A stretch of 64,000 bases of DNA from Tubulanus polymorphus (GCF_964204645.1 NC_134028.1:26780345-26844344), one strand, 5' to 3'. Positions 1-14,872 are shown, counted from the stretch's first letter. Notes: a model not told the origin generated them from the letters alone. Program-made: numbers and translations.

Positions 1-1189
1 TCTTTCGATTTTCGGAGGCGTTGAATATTTCAAAGAGGAAACGTAAAACGTCCCAGGAATAATTAAACCAAATAGGTTGACAAAACGAGATGTTTTTCTT
101 TAATTACTCCAAGCATTTTTTTCGCACTAGTATCTTCGTATTATCAATGAACCAATAAAGGCTTCGTTTTTCGATCTGGTAAACAGATACCTGAACAAAA
201 AACTGACGTCTGCGCGCTCTTTTCCTTTTGTATTTTGGATTGATTGCGTGCCAGCTCGAGCTGTGTTGTGACAAAATCGTGTGTCATTTGATGCGGTTAC
301 TGTAGACATCCATCAAAGTTTTGTCAGCAGATAACTAAGTATCCGACCCAATTTAAGGATGTATTGAAGAATATGTTTCACAGGCCTAATTACATCAATG
401 CTGATATATATACACACTAACTAAAGGTATCTATACATTACTGATCGGGAATTCAATTACTGCTGCGCTGATGCTTATTAAATAAACTTGTTGCTAATAG
501 TGGATAGTTCGTGCACTGATGGTGGTCACACGACGGCGACACCCAAGTTCACATATCTGACGTCAAACGGACCGTACGAGCTATTAGCAACGTCACTGAT
601 GATACTACTAATTACGGTGGTAGATATAGCTGAAGGGAACAAAGGTTTCAGATGGAGCTTGTAAGTGGACATCGATATTCAATGCATAGCAATTATACAC
701 GGGCTTCTATCGACATCCGCGCATTGTAACCAATTATAGTGGCCTATTGCTTGATGACATCTTTCGCATGATTTTTAGCCCAGGTGGCCCCGCTCGCCGG
801 TCCCCGTACTGGCCATCACCTCTATACCGTGCACAACGCCCTTTAAGTATTCTCAACTTGGCAACTTTACTTTTTCGGGGCTCATTTTATGACAATCCAA
901 TGTTTTTATGTCAAATTTGATCTAACTATGAACGCAGTTTTATAGTCAATTGAACTTCAGATTGGGTTCCATAGTTGTGTGGGTTTAAATTCGACCCTAG
1001 ACCATCAGCTCCACAGTTATGTGGGTGGATCCTAGACCATCAGCTCCACAGTTATGTAGGTGGATCCTATAAACTTTCATTTATCCGGTGAATAAAACTC
1101 ACATGTCTGAAATCATGTCCTGCTCGTCACGTAGTTCAGCATTTGAACAGCAAACATATACTTGTCAATGATTTCTAAGTGACGGTGGT

Positions 1190-1354
1190 GAGGGATGGAT
1201 GCTGGGAGGGGGAGAGGGATGGATGCTGGGAGGGGGAGAGGGACGGATGCTGGGAGGTGGAGAGGTATGGATGCTGGGAGGGGGAGAGGGATGGATGCTG
1301 GGAGAGGGATGGATGCTGGGAGGGGAGAGGGATGGATGCTGGGAGGTGGAGAGG
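1190..1354. repeat. Minisatellite, 24-bp unit GAGGGATGGATGCTGGGAGGGGGA, about 7 copies
   Basis: Seen directly; one unit is shortened. Confidence 0.95.
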
Positions 1355-3594
1355 CAGTCACTAGTCATATATCGATACTTGTATTGAGATATCTGATGAG
1401 TATCTGGGAGTTTATTGATATTTGTGTTTGTATCAGAAATAGAATCAATGATTTTCTGATGATACATTTATGAATGTTGTATTTAAACGGACGCTTCTGC
1501 AGCTGACACTACGCGGTGTTTAATTGTCGGATAAACGCTTATTGCTACTTAACGCCGCGCGTAACTATGAGAACCGTTCCCAACGTCGTTTACGTTGAAA
1601 GTAGCCGTTAGTTCAACGTTTAATTGTAGCTGATTCAATTACGCCGCGTTAAGTAGCGTACGTAGCCGCCATAAACCGCCAAGTTACCCAACAATCGCCA
1701 CGCGTTCCGTTACCGCTGCCGCCGCCACCGCCGCCGCTAACGTCAAAACGAGTGATGATGAGCCAGTTCAGCGGTACTCGTGACGTCACACGCTGCAATG
1801 AACCTGCCACAACCAATTACTGCCGGCGACGACATGCGCTTCATTGACGCTGGAAATATTGGCACAGTTCGTCAGAAAGTTCGAATATAGCTGCGAACAG
1901 ATCGCGCTAAAAATCAATGATTAGTTTATCGCATCGACTGTTATAGTTAAAAAATCACACCAGCGCGCACCAGATGTATAAAGATACGTTTATATAACTA
2001 TACGGGGATTCGAGAGTGAAAAACATCGACGTGTGTTAAAACGACGTTATTCGCACGTTTTCAGCGGTTTTCTGTTGGCACCGGCGTTAGATGACGTTCC
2101 AACGCTGTAGTAGTTGTTTTGTATATTCGAGTATTTCAAACATCAGTGGAATTACTTTAACACATTCTCTCCCGCGATAAATATTTCACAAATACGATAC
2201 ATTTCTACTCGGTAAAAAGATGAGTTTTTATGAAGAAGTCTAAAAACTGGCGGTCAAGATTTCTGCGTGGAATACAGGGACATACTCGATATCTGAAAAT
2301 AGGTAGGTGGTAGAGATTATAGCGGAAAAATGCAAATAATTATATTTTGGTTCTACATGGAAATATTGTTATGGTCCAACTTTATAGGCCATCTTTCTCT
2401 TTTCCTCTTTTTTCTATAAATTACGGTAGACTCGGTAGACGGTTAGTTCGACTGTAATCTATTTGGAAAAACCTTCTAAATCACTGATTCGCAACTCGGT
2501 AGAATATTGACTGTCCCATATCTACGGCAAAGCGCAGTCTATATCTCAGTGTCTGTACCACAGGTTCGTCGTAACAACTCGACAGTGAGCTGAAAAAACT
2601 GAGGGGGTGCCTGAAGTTGAGGTTCAATGAAGATGATATAATATTCACGTGTATATGAACATCTTACGAAAAGTCCAAAAGTTTCATATAGAATACTGTT
2701 TTTTTTTAAATTCCGATTTCTAACTGATATCGATCTTATTTCAAGACAACTGCAATAACTTTTTTATATCCATGAAAATACACAAGAAAGTATTTCTTTT
2801 GCAATTCAGTGCCATTTCATGAAAGGTTATCTATCATTAAGGTAAATACTATAGTGATTAAATGTTGTAATCAGAGCCGCCTATATACAGTGCAATCTGT
2901 TGATCTATCGAGGGAGATATTTTAGCGAGATGGCAGTAGACATTTGAGATACCACACACCTCCTCCTACACGTGAAGATACAAATTGCTATCTGACGCTC
3001 TGACGATTTCTGCAATAGTAATTAACGATAAGGTTTCTTGGGAGTGTTGATAAAATTGAATTATCTGATGACCTATACAGGTTCAATCAAGCATTCATCA
3101 TAATTTATAACGGAAATATATCTGTCCAAAATTCCAAAATACACGGTGGAAAAAAGTTTGCATTAGTGAACTTGTTGTCACCTCGCAGGCTCATATTCAA
3201 TAATTCCATTATGTTTGGCTTCTTCACGGGATTTTCTCTGTACATCGGAAACGACAGGCGTTGATGGGAAACAAAATCCTGTTCGATCCATTTTAATGAG
3301 CGCGATTCGATAGAATTCAAATTGAAGTCTTTAGCGAAAATTTAGAAATAAATTGGAATGAAGCATCGCTCGCAGCTAAATACGCGTTGAAAGCTTCGTT
3401 AGGGAACATTGAGAGACGTTCAATAGTACTCAATACTTCATCTATAACACAAGACCTGAGACAAACTACGACAAACAAAGCCTCCACGATCTGACATTCT
3501 ATTTCGAAAATAATTGAGTTTCCAGATTCATTTGTATCAGTGAAATTATAATCCCAAGATTTAGCATTAGCATCCCTTGACTGGGGGTGGAGAC

Positions 3595-3730
3595 GGAGAT
3601 GGAGCTGGAGTAAGGAGATGGAGCTGGAGTAAGGAGATGGAGCTGGAGTAAGGAAATGGAGCTGGAGTAAGGAAATGGAGCTGGAGTAAGGAGATGGAGC
3701 TGGAGTAAGGAAATGGAGCTGGAGTAAGGA
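3595..3730. repeat. Minisatellite, 19-bp unit GGARATGGAGCTGGAGTAA, 7 copies
   Basis: Seen directly. Confidence 0.95.
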
Positions 3731-4618
3731 ATCCTGTAATACAAGTATTATCATTTTCCCCTCTCGAACGTGAGGCCTATAGAAACGAAATGCCGACAAA
3801 ACTACCGCTTTCCGGAAACACTCTAAAACCTCAGCTAGTTACAAATTGCGCCGAGTTCTGTCTAAGATCTTTTGGTCCCCAAACCCGCAGGAATCAGTCG
3901 TCAAAAAAGCTGAAAGACAAAACGGAACAAACAACTAAATCATTATAGTATCGATGTTCATCGATGTATGTCGAATGTCGAATGTTTTCGCGTGTGAGAA
4001 AATCAATCTACATTTCTGTATGTAAAAAGACGGAGCGATTTCCAATGCGACGACGAAACGATTTGCATACATAATCACTTCGCCTAAGGATAAATTAGAC
4101 TATTAATCTTGTACTTCTGAAAGACGCACAGCCCGACAAACATTAAAAAAAGAACCAGTCGGTTAATTCGCTTTTGTAACTGCGTGTTCTACTCAGTCAA
4201 GTAGAAATTCGGATTATCGTAAATCTAAGAATTCCAGGGATGAAAGGAGTGGAATTTTGTAATTATGTTTTTATCAAAGATCTATTTCATCGGAAGATTA
4301 TTCGTCTGTCATCGCTTCCAATCAGCCGTAACGATCCTGTAGCTATATGTCGCGGCTGGGTGCACCGTCCCCGAACCGCAATTCATCATCTTACAATCGT
4401 AATTCTATCATCGATAAACTCGTATTAATCTGCTACATAGTCTTAGAACTATGGAAGGCAAAACCTCCAGAAAGGCTGATGGCCGCTAATAGATGGCGTA
4501 TCATCGAATGATAACCATGAATCACATTTTTTCAATGTATCAGTGCTGATCATTGATCTGTGATCACATTTTCACAGTCTATCACGTTTCATTCGAAATC
4601 GAACGCGCAGACCGAGTA

Positions 4619-4700
4619 ACTACTAGCGACACCTGACGGATCTTCGCTTGCCATAAGCGGAATCATCGATTGCCACAGTAGCGTTGGCAGTTCCCAATTG
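4619..4700 (+). repeat. Dispersed repeat, second copy at 10555-10614
   Basis: CTACTAGCGACACCTGA.GGA ... TTGCCACAGTAGCGTTG...CCCAATTG is shared by both loci. Confidence 0.7.
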
Positions 4701-5593
4701 GGTTATGTTTGATCTTTTTGCGTCTAATCTTACAGACGGTTTTCATGCAAATTTCAGCTTTTCTGTCGCAGTTTCTCCAAACACTCGTGACGAATCTTGC
4801 CGTTGGCTTGCGTGGAATAATTTTCGTTCATTGAGATTGATTTAGTTTTAACAATTACTCGCCATCAATAGAGACGCGACTAGTACTCATGTGCCTGGTT
4901 CCCACCAGTATAAGAAAAAAAAACAAACTTTTCAGATCGAAAGATAAAAATCAGAAAGATTTACATCGAGAGTTTAGTAATTTCTCTGCGCAATAACGAC
5001 TTAATTGTTCAGTGGATAATAAAATTCTTCAATCGCTCAAATCGTCGATATTTTGCGCATAAAGTCTCAAAGCTCTCGTCGATTCATACGGTGTAAAACC
5101 TTCACATATTTCAGCTGCTTTGACGCTCTTCTAAATATGGCTTCATCTCCGTCGGGTTTTGACGACAGTCCCCGCAGTGAGTACAATTCGGAATTAATTA
5201 CGTTCGAACGACAATAAAATTTTCTGGACCGAATTTATCGTTTCTATGCGAGTCGACAAGTCGATCGTATTAAAACCTAATGAGGGCGATAAAACTGGAA
5301 CGAACTCATCGCTAGTTATACCGGGAACAGTGTGGGAATCGAGTCCCTGGACGCGGAACCAGCTACATCCTTACAATACAATCTCACTGATTGTAAATAA
5401 TATAAAATCCCGTAATAGAAAAGTAAATCGGGTCTGAAAATGTCATTAGCTAATGATATAGAATTTAAAGTTTTGCTGATATTCTAACAGTATTCTGCTA
5501 ATATTCTATTCGACGATTCGACTATAGTCTTAACGTTCATCAATGCGGAATTATAAACATTGCTCCCGAAACCTGATGTGTCTCGTTCCTCGT

Positions 5594-5666
5594 AACGCAC
5601 ACGACACAGGGAAACATGTTCTGTCTCCTGTTTACCATGTTTCCCTGCATCGTGTGCGTTGGGCTT
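5594..5666. mobile_element. Very short hairpin MITE (Harbinger-like TIR AAGCCCAACGCACACGA)
   Basis: Inverted repeat AACGCACACGACACAGGGAAACATG / CATGTTTCCCTGCATCGTGTGCGTT. The same terminal sequence recurs at 63746. Confidence 0.65.
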
Positions 5667-8157
5667 AGAATCATTATATATTTTTTCGCCATTACATAAT
5701 CTGATAATTTATTACCCTTGTAGATTAATAAACGAATCTAGCAATATATCTCAGTCCAACAACAGATGTTTGTTGATGTGTGATATCTGGATTATTTGCG
5801 CAGTTGATATTGCACTGAAGCTGTTATTGTTGTAAACGTGAACAACGTGTCTGATGATTTCAGGAAAATGATTCCCGACTTGTATCAGACTTCCTACTTA
5901 AATGTACGATTTGCGTGACTTTTCTATTTGATCGCGGTTATTTACATAGAAACCCGACACAGACACAAGCGAACGATTCATATACGAACAAGCCTCCCGA
6001 ACCAACATCTTCAGAACAGGCGCTTATTCGAACATGAATACAATATTCTAAATCTATTCCGATCAGAATGTTTCTAAATCCCTTTCTAATCATTAACGCT
6101 ATCATTTAGCTAGTTTTGAGAAATCTATGAATATTTTCATTGTCATTAGAAAGTAGATTTATGCAGCAACTGATCCCATTTGAACATATTACAGGTTGTT
6201 TGAATAGTTGACGTAGTAAGGGGTCTTTAGGTATAGATTTCTTGGTTCTTAAATCATGGGGAATGCCTACAAAACCATATTGACAATTTCACATGCATAA
6301 TAAACGGTGATAAATTGTTGTTTTTGAAAATGTGAAAATGGCAGTTGATGATCCCTGTCGAATTATCGCCCGTTAATCCGCCTCATTCGGATTATCCAGG
6401 TCTTGTATTAGTGTTTGATAACCGAGTGTTGAATTCCGTGTAAGGAGTCTGAGCGCAGTGCGCCGTTAGAAGATACTACAGTCTCTCTCTCTCTCTCCCT
6501 CTTACAAACGAATTTCATATTTTCTTATTTTCAATGATAACATTTACGTAACTATTCCACACAGTGTTATTATACATACATATATTGCCGTGTGTTTTTA
6601 TACGTGTTTATATACACGCGTTCGTGAAACGGGCACCTGCTCGCGTTCATGTCACGGGCACCTGCTGTTATTTGTATGGCGTGAAAAGCTAATTGTATCG
6701 AATCAATTGAATTCAAACGATCGTTAATTACGAACACGGAATTTACGAGTTATATCTCGTTAGCTTTTATAGAGTGTGGCTTTCTGCTGCATTTAATCAA
6801 AATGCTTTAACGTCGATTGAAAAAAATATGTAGACGGGTTCTGCTGCGCTCAACCAGGTCCAAATGAACATTGCGCCTGCACCAAAACCATGTCTGTGGT
6901 GTCGGGTATAAAGCCGACAAATGAAATTATAGACAGATAGGAGATCCGAAGAAGTGGTGGCGATCAGTTTGTTCTAGAGCAGTCAATACCATTTTTTGCT
7001 CGGAATGAATGCTAATCTTGGTAATAGAGCGTCTGTTTAGCGTTGGAAGTCTGAAGTTGAGCGAAGACAGCGGAGGGACAATTCTAGTCATGTTTATCCT
7101 TTCTGCTGAGCTTAAAAGTCGACCTGTTTACTACCTATTGTACCCTGTACTTTATTCAAAATCATGATCAAACTAACCATAACAAACCCGACAGTTATAG
7201 AAATGGACTGATTGCAAATTTTAAGTTTACACAAGTGAACCGGCCGATTATGAGAAACAAGCTATCATTTTAGCCTGGATTTACTTTGGATGGCTGGATA
7301 TGATCCTTATATATACGTGTGACTCGGTAGTCAGTTCTACCGCCAGCTAAAGCGTATAGCAGCTACATATCTTAAATATTATTCAACGATAGATTATTGT
7401 GTTAACGAGAACAAGTAAATATTTTTAATCGGACACGAAATGTTCGATATAAGACTTTGCGGTTACGGTTTGTGTGTTGCCCAGTATTCAATTACTGCTG
7501 CTTCCTCTATCGTAGAATAATAAAAGAAAGAAGCGAAACGACGACAAGATTCGCGTTTATTGAACATAGCAATACCAAAGATTATTCGACGTGGGGGGAG
7601 GGGGGAGATGGGGGGAGGGGGGGAATGCGCTGATTAAATGACGAAACGTTTTTATAGTCCGAACTCTCTACACTAAATATCAATGTCTCGATAAGGGATT
7701 AATGGAGCGTCAAACGACGTAGAACTAAATTCTGGATTTTCGTTTATGCAAGTTTAGTACAACAAACATTTAAAAGTGTTAACACATTTACTTGTCGCAA
7801 TTGATAGCGAATGGATAAAAGAAAACCGTTTCGATAACAGAAGCCATTGCGACCATGAGATTTTGATGAAGTCAAGATTTCGACCAACCCCAATATCAAT
7901 GTATAATAAAAACAAGGGTGGCAACTAATCGCCAATCTGAAAATGATAACTCCACTTTAATCGGATGTAAGATATATCTTTCTCTTTTTGGTGTCATCGA
8001 AACTTTCTGTGTTCGCGGTCAAATTTCAATCAGGCGGCGCCGAGGAACACGTTATGTTAATCCGTTTAAATCCCTCTTCACATATTGTGTTAACTCTCAA
8101 TTTCCGGTTATACCGATTAGATAAATACCTCTAGACACAGTAACTAGTGTCGGGGGT

Positions 8158-8218
8158 TTGGGCGCGTGTGGGGCGTGTGGGGCGTGAGGGGCGTGAGGGG
8201 CGTGAGGGGGGCGTGGGT
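8158..8218. repeat. G-rich 10-bp tandem repeat GGGGCGTGWG
   Basis: Seen directly; G-quadruplex potential. Confidence 0.85.
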
Positions 8219-8317
8219 GTATTGTAGACGTTTCGATCTGTATAATGCTACTTATTTCGTATGCATTAATGAAAACGCTTCGGTAACTTCTGTCGAATCG
8301 TCTGGAACTGTTGTACG

Positions 8318-8380
8318 GTTAACGACTATCCAAGCCGACATGTCGACTGTTAACGACTATCCAAGCCGACATGTCGACTG
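8318..8380. repeat. Perfect 31-bp tandem duplication
   Basis: GTTAACGACTATCCAAGCCGACATGTCGACT occurs twice. Confidence 0.9.
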
Positions 8381-11300
8381 ATTGTGATGCGATTTTCCAC
8401 GGAGCATTCATTTAAACACTTCTTTCTTACTGTTTCATTTTAAATGAGTTTGTATGCCTTTTACTGGTTGTTCTTTGATTTTCGGTATGGTTGTGCGCGC
8501 GGTGGTCAAAGGTGGTCGCGTTAAGGCGAACTAACAGACGCGAGACGACCTTCACCTTCACTTCACGCTGACGTTTACTTCGTCTACAAAGAATCGCGCG
8601 CCGTTTGTCTCCAAAAAGTGTCGTGAGCAGGAAGTTAATAAAGACTCATTGCATCCATGAACCTTTTTGTGAGACGATTCTGTGTTTACATTAACAGTCA
8701 AACACGATATGAGAATCACATTACAGATCCATGCATTTTCTAAATACATTTTTTTTCTTGTTAATAGCAAGTTTCGAATACTGTCTAGAATATTCATAGA
8801 GTGAATAGGTGAACAAAAATACTATGCGGGTAATTCCAAGCGGTTATATATAACGCACAATCTGATTTGTCCACTTGTTTTCACCCAGCATTTCAAACCT
8901 GCGATTGTACCAACAAAGGGCTACGTTAGGCTAGGTTTCGTCCAGTGATGCCATCAGGTTCTAATCCCAGTCGAGGGAGGACACGTCCATGATATATCGC
9001 ATGAAATAAACAGAGAACTGACTATGAGTTTGGACGCGCCGCCGCCGTCCTGCATCAGGTTTCAGAGAGTCACAGAAACCTCACCAGACCCATTATTTGA
9101 ACCGAACTCAGCTGCAAAATCCGAATTACGAATAAAATACACTCAATACCGGACACATGCCAGATGTTCGAATGAAATTTTCAGACGAGAAAATGACTTC
9201 GATCTTACGGTAACTGATTTTCCGAAGTGCTCGCTTCATCGAGAACAAGGACACCGAGATATACACCGGCGAGATAGAGCGCCATAAACACCAGGTCCAT
9301 TTGTAAAACGCGCGCAAAAACATTTTAATTTTCAAGAGAAGAAAATGAGAATTCGATGAGATGCCGTAAGTTGCGGGCTTCCGACGATTCGGTAATTGAA
9401 TTTGTGTAAACGGCAGGAATCCGTGAGTCCAACGCGGGTGGCTCGCGTAAAATACAACATTACCGACGAGTAATGACGCGGCTTGAGTGCATCGCAGTTT
9501 TTCTTTCTTTCGTCGATTTTTAAGCAGAATGAATTGTAAAAGCACCCGAGTAAAAGCCTTCAAAACGGATATGGAATGCGCTAGTTGTATTGAGGCTATA
9601 ATTGAGGGACTGTTTCAGAACGGCAGTTGGAAATGGTTTCAGGGTGTGAAAATGGGTCGAGACACGCCTCATCTACAGCTCGTCTCAGTGACCGTATTCA
9701 ATTCAGTTTTTGATAAAACACATCAATAACTATCGTTATATTACAAGTTCAATAAGTTGAATCGATGACTACTTTATTTATACAGTTAACGACGATCAAA
9801 GCTGTAAATATTGACGAGAAATGTTAGATATATGACGACGGCGGTGACTGCGGCTGCGCGCTGTAGGGAGAATCAATCGTAACCGCGGGTTACTCTTAAA
9901 CTGGTGCATCTATAGCCTGATTAACTTCGCGTGGAAAGTGATGAAATATCATTAAATTATCCGATATCGAATTTCCATGTTTCTCCATATGCAAACAGCC
10001 CGTTCAGCCGAGAAGTTTCCTCGGGTTATTTTGCAAACACCCACGAATACCGCGACGCGGTTCTGAGTCGCGAGTTTCACTTCAAATACACAATCAGTAT
10101 GGTTAATTTCATCCGCAGGGTTGTTTTTAAAATGTTTCAGAAGTTGATAACCTTGATTTGCGTATATTCGACCTTTCGGTCAAGTCAGGAATACCAGTTA
10201 TGGAAATGATACATAACACGCCAAAACGCGTGAGTTGCGGTTTGGGGAAGCCCTGGTAAGTGAGTAGGCGACAACACCAAAAACAATGATATCTGATTTA
10301 ATACAGACTCTCGAAACTCATTAATGGTTTACGTCTTGTTCCCACCAGATGGCGCAACAATTCACTGCGTTGTTCGTTGTAAAAATCAGTTCATTCTTAA
10401 TGAAATTTGAACACGATTTTTAGGCTTCAAAATCCGAAATTGATCAAACAAGTCATCGAGCCATGTAGGACTCGCGTTCTGATGCATGATATACAATTCA
10501 CTGCTAATTGATTTACAAATCAGAAATGTTGATTTGAAGCGTGGTTACCCAGTGCTACTAGCGACACCTGATGGAATCCTCACTTGCCACAGTAGCGTTG
10601 CCGGTACCCAATTGCCAGTGAATTAGGACTTGGACTCGCTCAGTTTGAGACTGAACCATAGATCAGCTGACTGGTTTGAGTAAAAACTGGCCCCCAGTTG
10701 AGATTGAGACTGATTACGATGAGCTACACACACATTATCATCCGTATGATAGTGACGGCCAGAAGATTGATGACGTCACGTGCCACGCGATGTGCTCGTC
10801 ATAAAAATGAGACCCGTTCATTATGGCGTAGAATGGACAATGATACATTCACTTGTTTATCATCATAGCTGATATTTGGAATTCTGGCCACATCTTCATC
10901 GGTTCGGTATAAATGTTATCACAATATGAGTTGACACGGGTGGAACGGCCGACAGGAAATGAGAAAACTAGTGAATTCCTTCGTAACCCGCTGTCTGGAA
11001 GCCTGGTAAGGCACGTCATTTACTTTTTACCGAGGCGGTTCTTCCCGACAGGGGTACTGCGCAATAAAAACGGGCGATAGGGGACGATTGGTCGTCGGTT
11101 TTATTTAATGTCGGACTCGTGGTGATCAGCTCGCCGAGTTAGACTGATATATCGTTACAACGATCACGATCGGCGAAAAAAGCTTTTTTTATGGGGCACA
11201 GACAACGGCTGGTTCCCGTTGAGCTCGTGACCGGAACCGAAGAAGTTTTAGACGGATTGATTAGTTAGAAATTAAACATTTGCTTTGTACGTTTGAAATG

Positions 11301-12217
11301 TGTTGATTTATAGTTATTATTCTCGAGAAATATCGAATCGTCTCAGCAATAAATCAGATCAATTGACGAGGTGTGACGTGTAAACTACCCTAGCAAAATT
11401 ACTATAGTCTTGACAATTCCATTCTGAACTTAATCCATTTATTTAACGTTTGTATCTTTTCTGAAAGTTAAATGCCAAACACTTATACCAGAGTTCTACA
11501 TCATATAGGCGAAAAATGCGAAATATTTTGGCTAACCGATAAAATGTAAACGTATCATATAACAAAATATCGGTGCTCAAAATAGTCTGTAAAAGCAAAT
11601 ATTTCAAATTCATATTCTAGATTTCGATTCGCAATTTCGAAGTTTGAAACTTATCTTAACTTATAAAAACATAGAATTGAATTTGATGAATTAGCGCATA
11701 TTCACTGGCGTTCAATCTGGCGACTTGTAACGCGAGTAAAAACTCGAATTATCTCGACGAATTTCATTCGTTTACGAAATTGTTGTCAAATGCAATTTCA
11801 CGATATCGAAAATTCCTGTTTATCTAATTTAAAGCCACGTGATTTGATATGATTGTGAAATGAAAACTCGTTGTCATGAAACTGCGAATGATATCAGTGA
11901 AACTATCGTGGATTTTGATGAACAGATGCGAGACGTTGAAAAAGTGTTTACACTTATTAACTGATATTTTTACCAAGTCTGGCGTCATCTGATTAAAATT
12001 GTGCATGACGCAGGTCAGGGGTTAATGGGTTACGAAGAACCACCCAAGATCCGAAAAAGGTCCGCTTAAAAAATTGAATTTGTTGAAATTGAATGAATTC
12101 TCAAACTTGTATCCTGGTCCTATAAGTCCTCGGATACTTAGAACTGGCATTTAATTCCATCGGGATCTTATTTGCTGTCACAGCATAAAATGGCTACCTT
12201 CGGGCACCATTTCAAAA

Positions 12218-12381
12218 GGAATCATTCATTTATTACGTACGCATAAAATTTGACTTTATCAACACCCTCTCGCTGTGGACGCAAAATCGGCCATTTTCTC
12301 ATATACATTAAGCATTACAGTACGCAATTGCACTGACCCCCTCCCCCTCCCCTAATGCGTACGTAATAAATGAATGACCCG
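12218..12381. mobile_element. MITE, probably PIF/Harbinger-like
   Basis: Perfect inverted repeat TCATTCATTTATTACGTACGCA / TGCGTACGTAATAAATGAATGA, with TTA just outside the right end. Confidence 0.75.
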
Positions 12382-14629
12382 TTAGGACCCTATCTCAAGG
12401 ATAATGAATCACCCATAAAACCACGCTATACGGGCCTGAGCCTTTGCCTAGATATATGAACCCAATAGCCCTATCCTGCATATAAACTTAAGCCCAGCCT
12501 TTCATCAAACAGAGCTCTGCAATTTTCCATTAGATTTGAGCAATTACGGATAAGTAATACTTATCCGTAATTGCGCGTATTTCTTCGTCCATTCATGACG
12601 TCACGTTCTCCGCAGACGGCAAGTACTTCTAACGTATCGATCACGTGATAGGTGTCATTATCATTACGAAACTGATAGAAACCGATTCTAATATTTTTGA
12701 TGGCAAAAACATGTTCTCTCATGTTCCTCATGTTGACGTTAAGTGCACGCGCTGAAATCGGCCTCCTGTATTTTCTCTGCGTAAATATCAATGGCTGGTT
12801 TAATGTGCGCATTAGACCCTAATGACTCGTGACTAGCAGGGAATGTAATCGACGAGATTGTGAAGTCGGCCGTTGTTATGGTTCATTAGGGACCGCGATG
12901 TGCCATTTCATAACTCTTCAATAATTCAAATATAATTCAATCGAGTGTAGAAGAACACGCACGGGTCATTGATTCATCATTTAGTAGTAGATGTTTTATT
13001 ACTGTACGTGAACATTAATACCTGTCGACACTAATCTCATTAACATTCACCATGTTGTTTTTTTTCTTTACCCTCACTGTCTGCGGGCAAAGTGTTCAAG
13101 TATATTTCAAGCAGAAAGATTCGTTGCCTGCTAATTCCTGTTAATTTCAACAATATTATTTAATTAATCTACACTTGTCCGGTTTACAAGTTGACCTCCT
13201 ACTACTGAACTGTGTCGGCGCGAGGCTTCAACGGGAACCAACTAAAACCTAGCAAGTGAAGAAAGCCATGTTAATCAATGCATACTCAATAAAATGGAGG
13301 GGGGGGGAAACTAGTGTTCCTTACATGACTCAATCCTGGACTCACCATTTTCAACATCAATTGGATGATCCGCGGGTATTTTTCAAATTGCAAAACCGTT
13401 AGCAGAATGAGCTTAAATAAAGTATCGACAGAAACCATAACGGTTAATTGGCTCTAGCTTAGTAATACAACATATTCATGTCGCAAAACTTATATTTAGG
13501 TCCATAATTTCTATAGAAAATGACATCAAAACTCATATTGTATCTGAAAGATCGTTGGTCATCGTGATAATTCAGGAATCAGTGGAGAATAAAGGCTTAT
13601 CACCTTCGGAACCCCGGAGCAGTAACTCTTATTAAATCAGTATCAATACATCACATTCAACGTATATGACAGATTGCCTAGTGTTTCTCAGGCGGCAGCC
13701 GACCAACATCACGGGGTCCATCCTCCGTCGATGGCAATCCGCAGTTGCCAATTTCGTGTGTTGTTTAATATTACAATAGATTCCTCTTTGCTCTTTCGGC
13801 GATGAAACCGTACATGAATATTCTAATAGTATGAACTCGTTTGCGAAGTGTTATATGAATTATATGGATGGTTGCTCGCGGGGAAATAGACACCCGGGAT
13901 GAGGAAACTATTCACACTGAGCACAGGGCGACTTCAACTCGCATTCACGCGGGAAAATGTTCTATTGGAAATATACCCGGCAGTTGTGGGGAATCCCAAC
14001 GGAAGACACAACCATTATTAGTTTCTTAGTAAAAATGTTTCATCTTATATTTCATGACGGCTTGTCTCTTCTTATCGTAAAACAAATCGTTTTCGCCAAG
14101 CCTTCACGGAGAACACCGACGGGTATAAAAACAAGACCCGAGAAACTAGATCATTTAGTCAAATTTGTTACTTCGGAAATGCTGATCTAATTTCTTGCGC
14201 ATTAATTTTCGAAAGTTTTTGTGATAACATTAGTTTTATCAGTCGCTGTCGGCTTAATTCCAAACCGTCATAGTGACACGTGAAGTAGGCTACGTGGAGA
14301 ACAGTTGTCTGAGATCGTGCCCAATAACACCTGTTTGTGTAATTCTAATGGATTGAATTTGCCACGTTTCGTATCCGAGCGGAGAGACAAGTTTTATGTC
14401 TCTTCGTCTCGTTCGAAAAGCGTTTAACGATTCTAATCATTCCCGAGCCCTTGGAAAAGAATATTGATCGAACTGCGTCAAATCTCTTAAACCGGTGTCT
14501 TGTGTCTTTGAAGTATGAGGTCGCACTCTTGAAAAAGCCGCAGGGTGTCCAGAATTGCAAAATGAAATAAATAACTTGCCGCCACCTGGCCCATCGATTT
14601 CCGGTATTGTCCATTGTACGGCCGCTCCT

Positions 14630-14700
14630 TTCTCAGGGATTCGAACCCGAAGGCAGCATCGAGACTCGGCCACGGCACGAAACCCTGCCATGCTAGACCG
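14630..14700 (-). mobile_element. tRNA-derived SINE-like head
   Basis: Minus strand reads GGTCTAGCATGG (A-box-like) ... GGTTCGAATCCC (B box); homologous to 14809 and 46438. Confidence 0.65.
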
Positions 14701-14808
14701 GGTGCGCAGGTACATGCGAATACCTGCGACACCAATCAGATTGCCCGTTGTATATATTATCACTGATATGAAGCAAATTTCACGGATAAACTATGAACGG
14801 TAAAACCC

Positions 14809-14872
14809 GGGTTTCGTGCCGTGGCGAGTCTCGATGCCATCGGGTTCGAATCCCTGCCGAGGGAAGACGTTC
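14809..14872 (+). mobile_element. tRNA-derived SINE-like head, 5'-truncated
   Basis: GGGTTTCGTGCCGTGGCGAGTCTCGATGCCATCGGGTTCGAATCCCTG, an inverted copy of 14634-14685. Confidence 0.65.

Noticed and set aside
1113-1473. Five overlapping ORFs
   Set aside because: All derive from the 24-bp minisatellite.
14630-14872. Possible tRNA genes
   Set aside because: A B box is present but no cloverleaf or acceptor stem; divergent dispersed copies indicate a SINE-like repeat.
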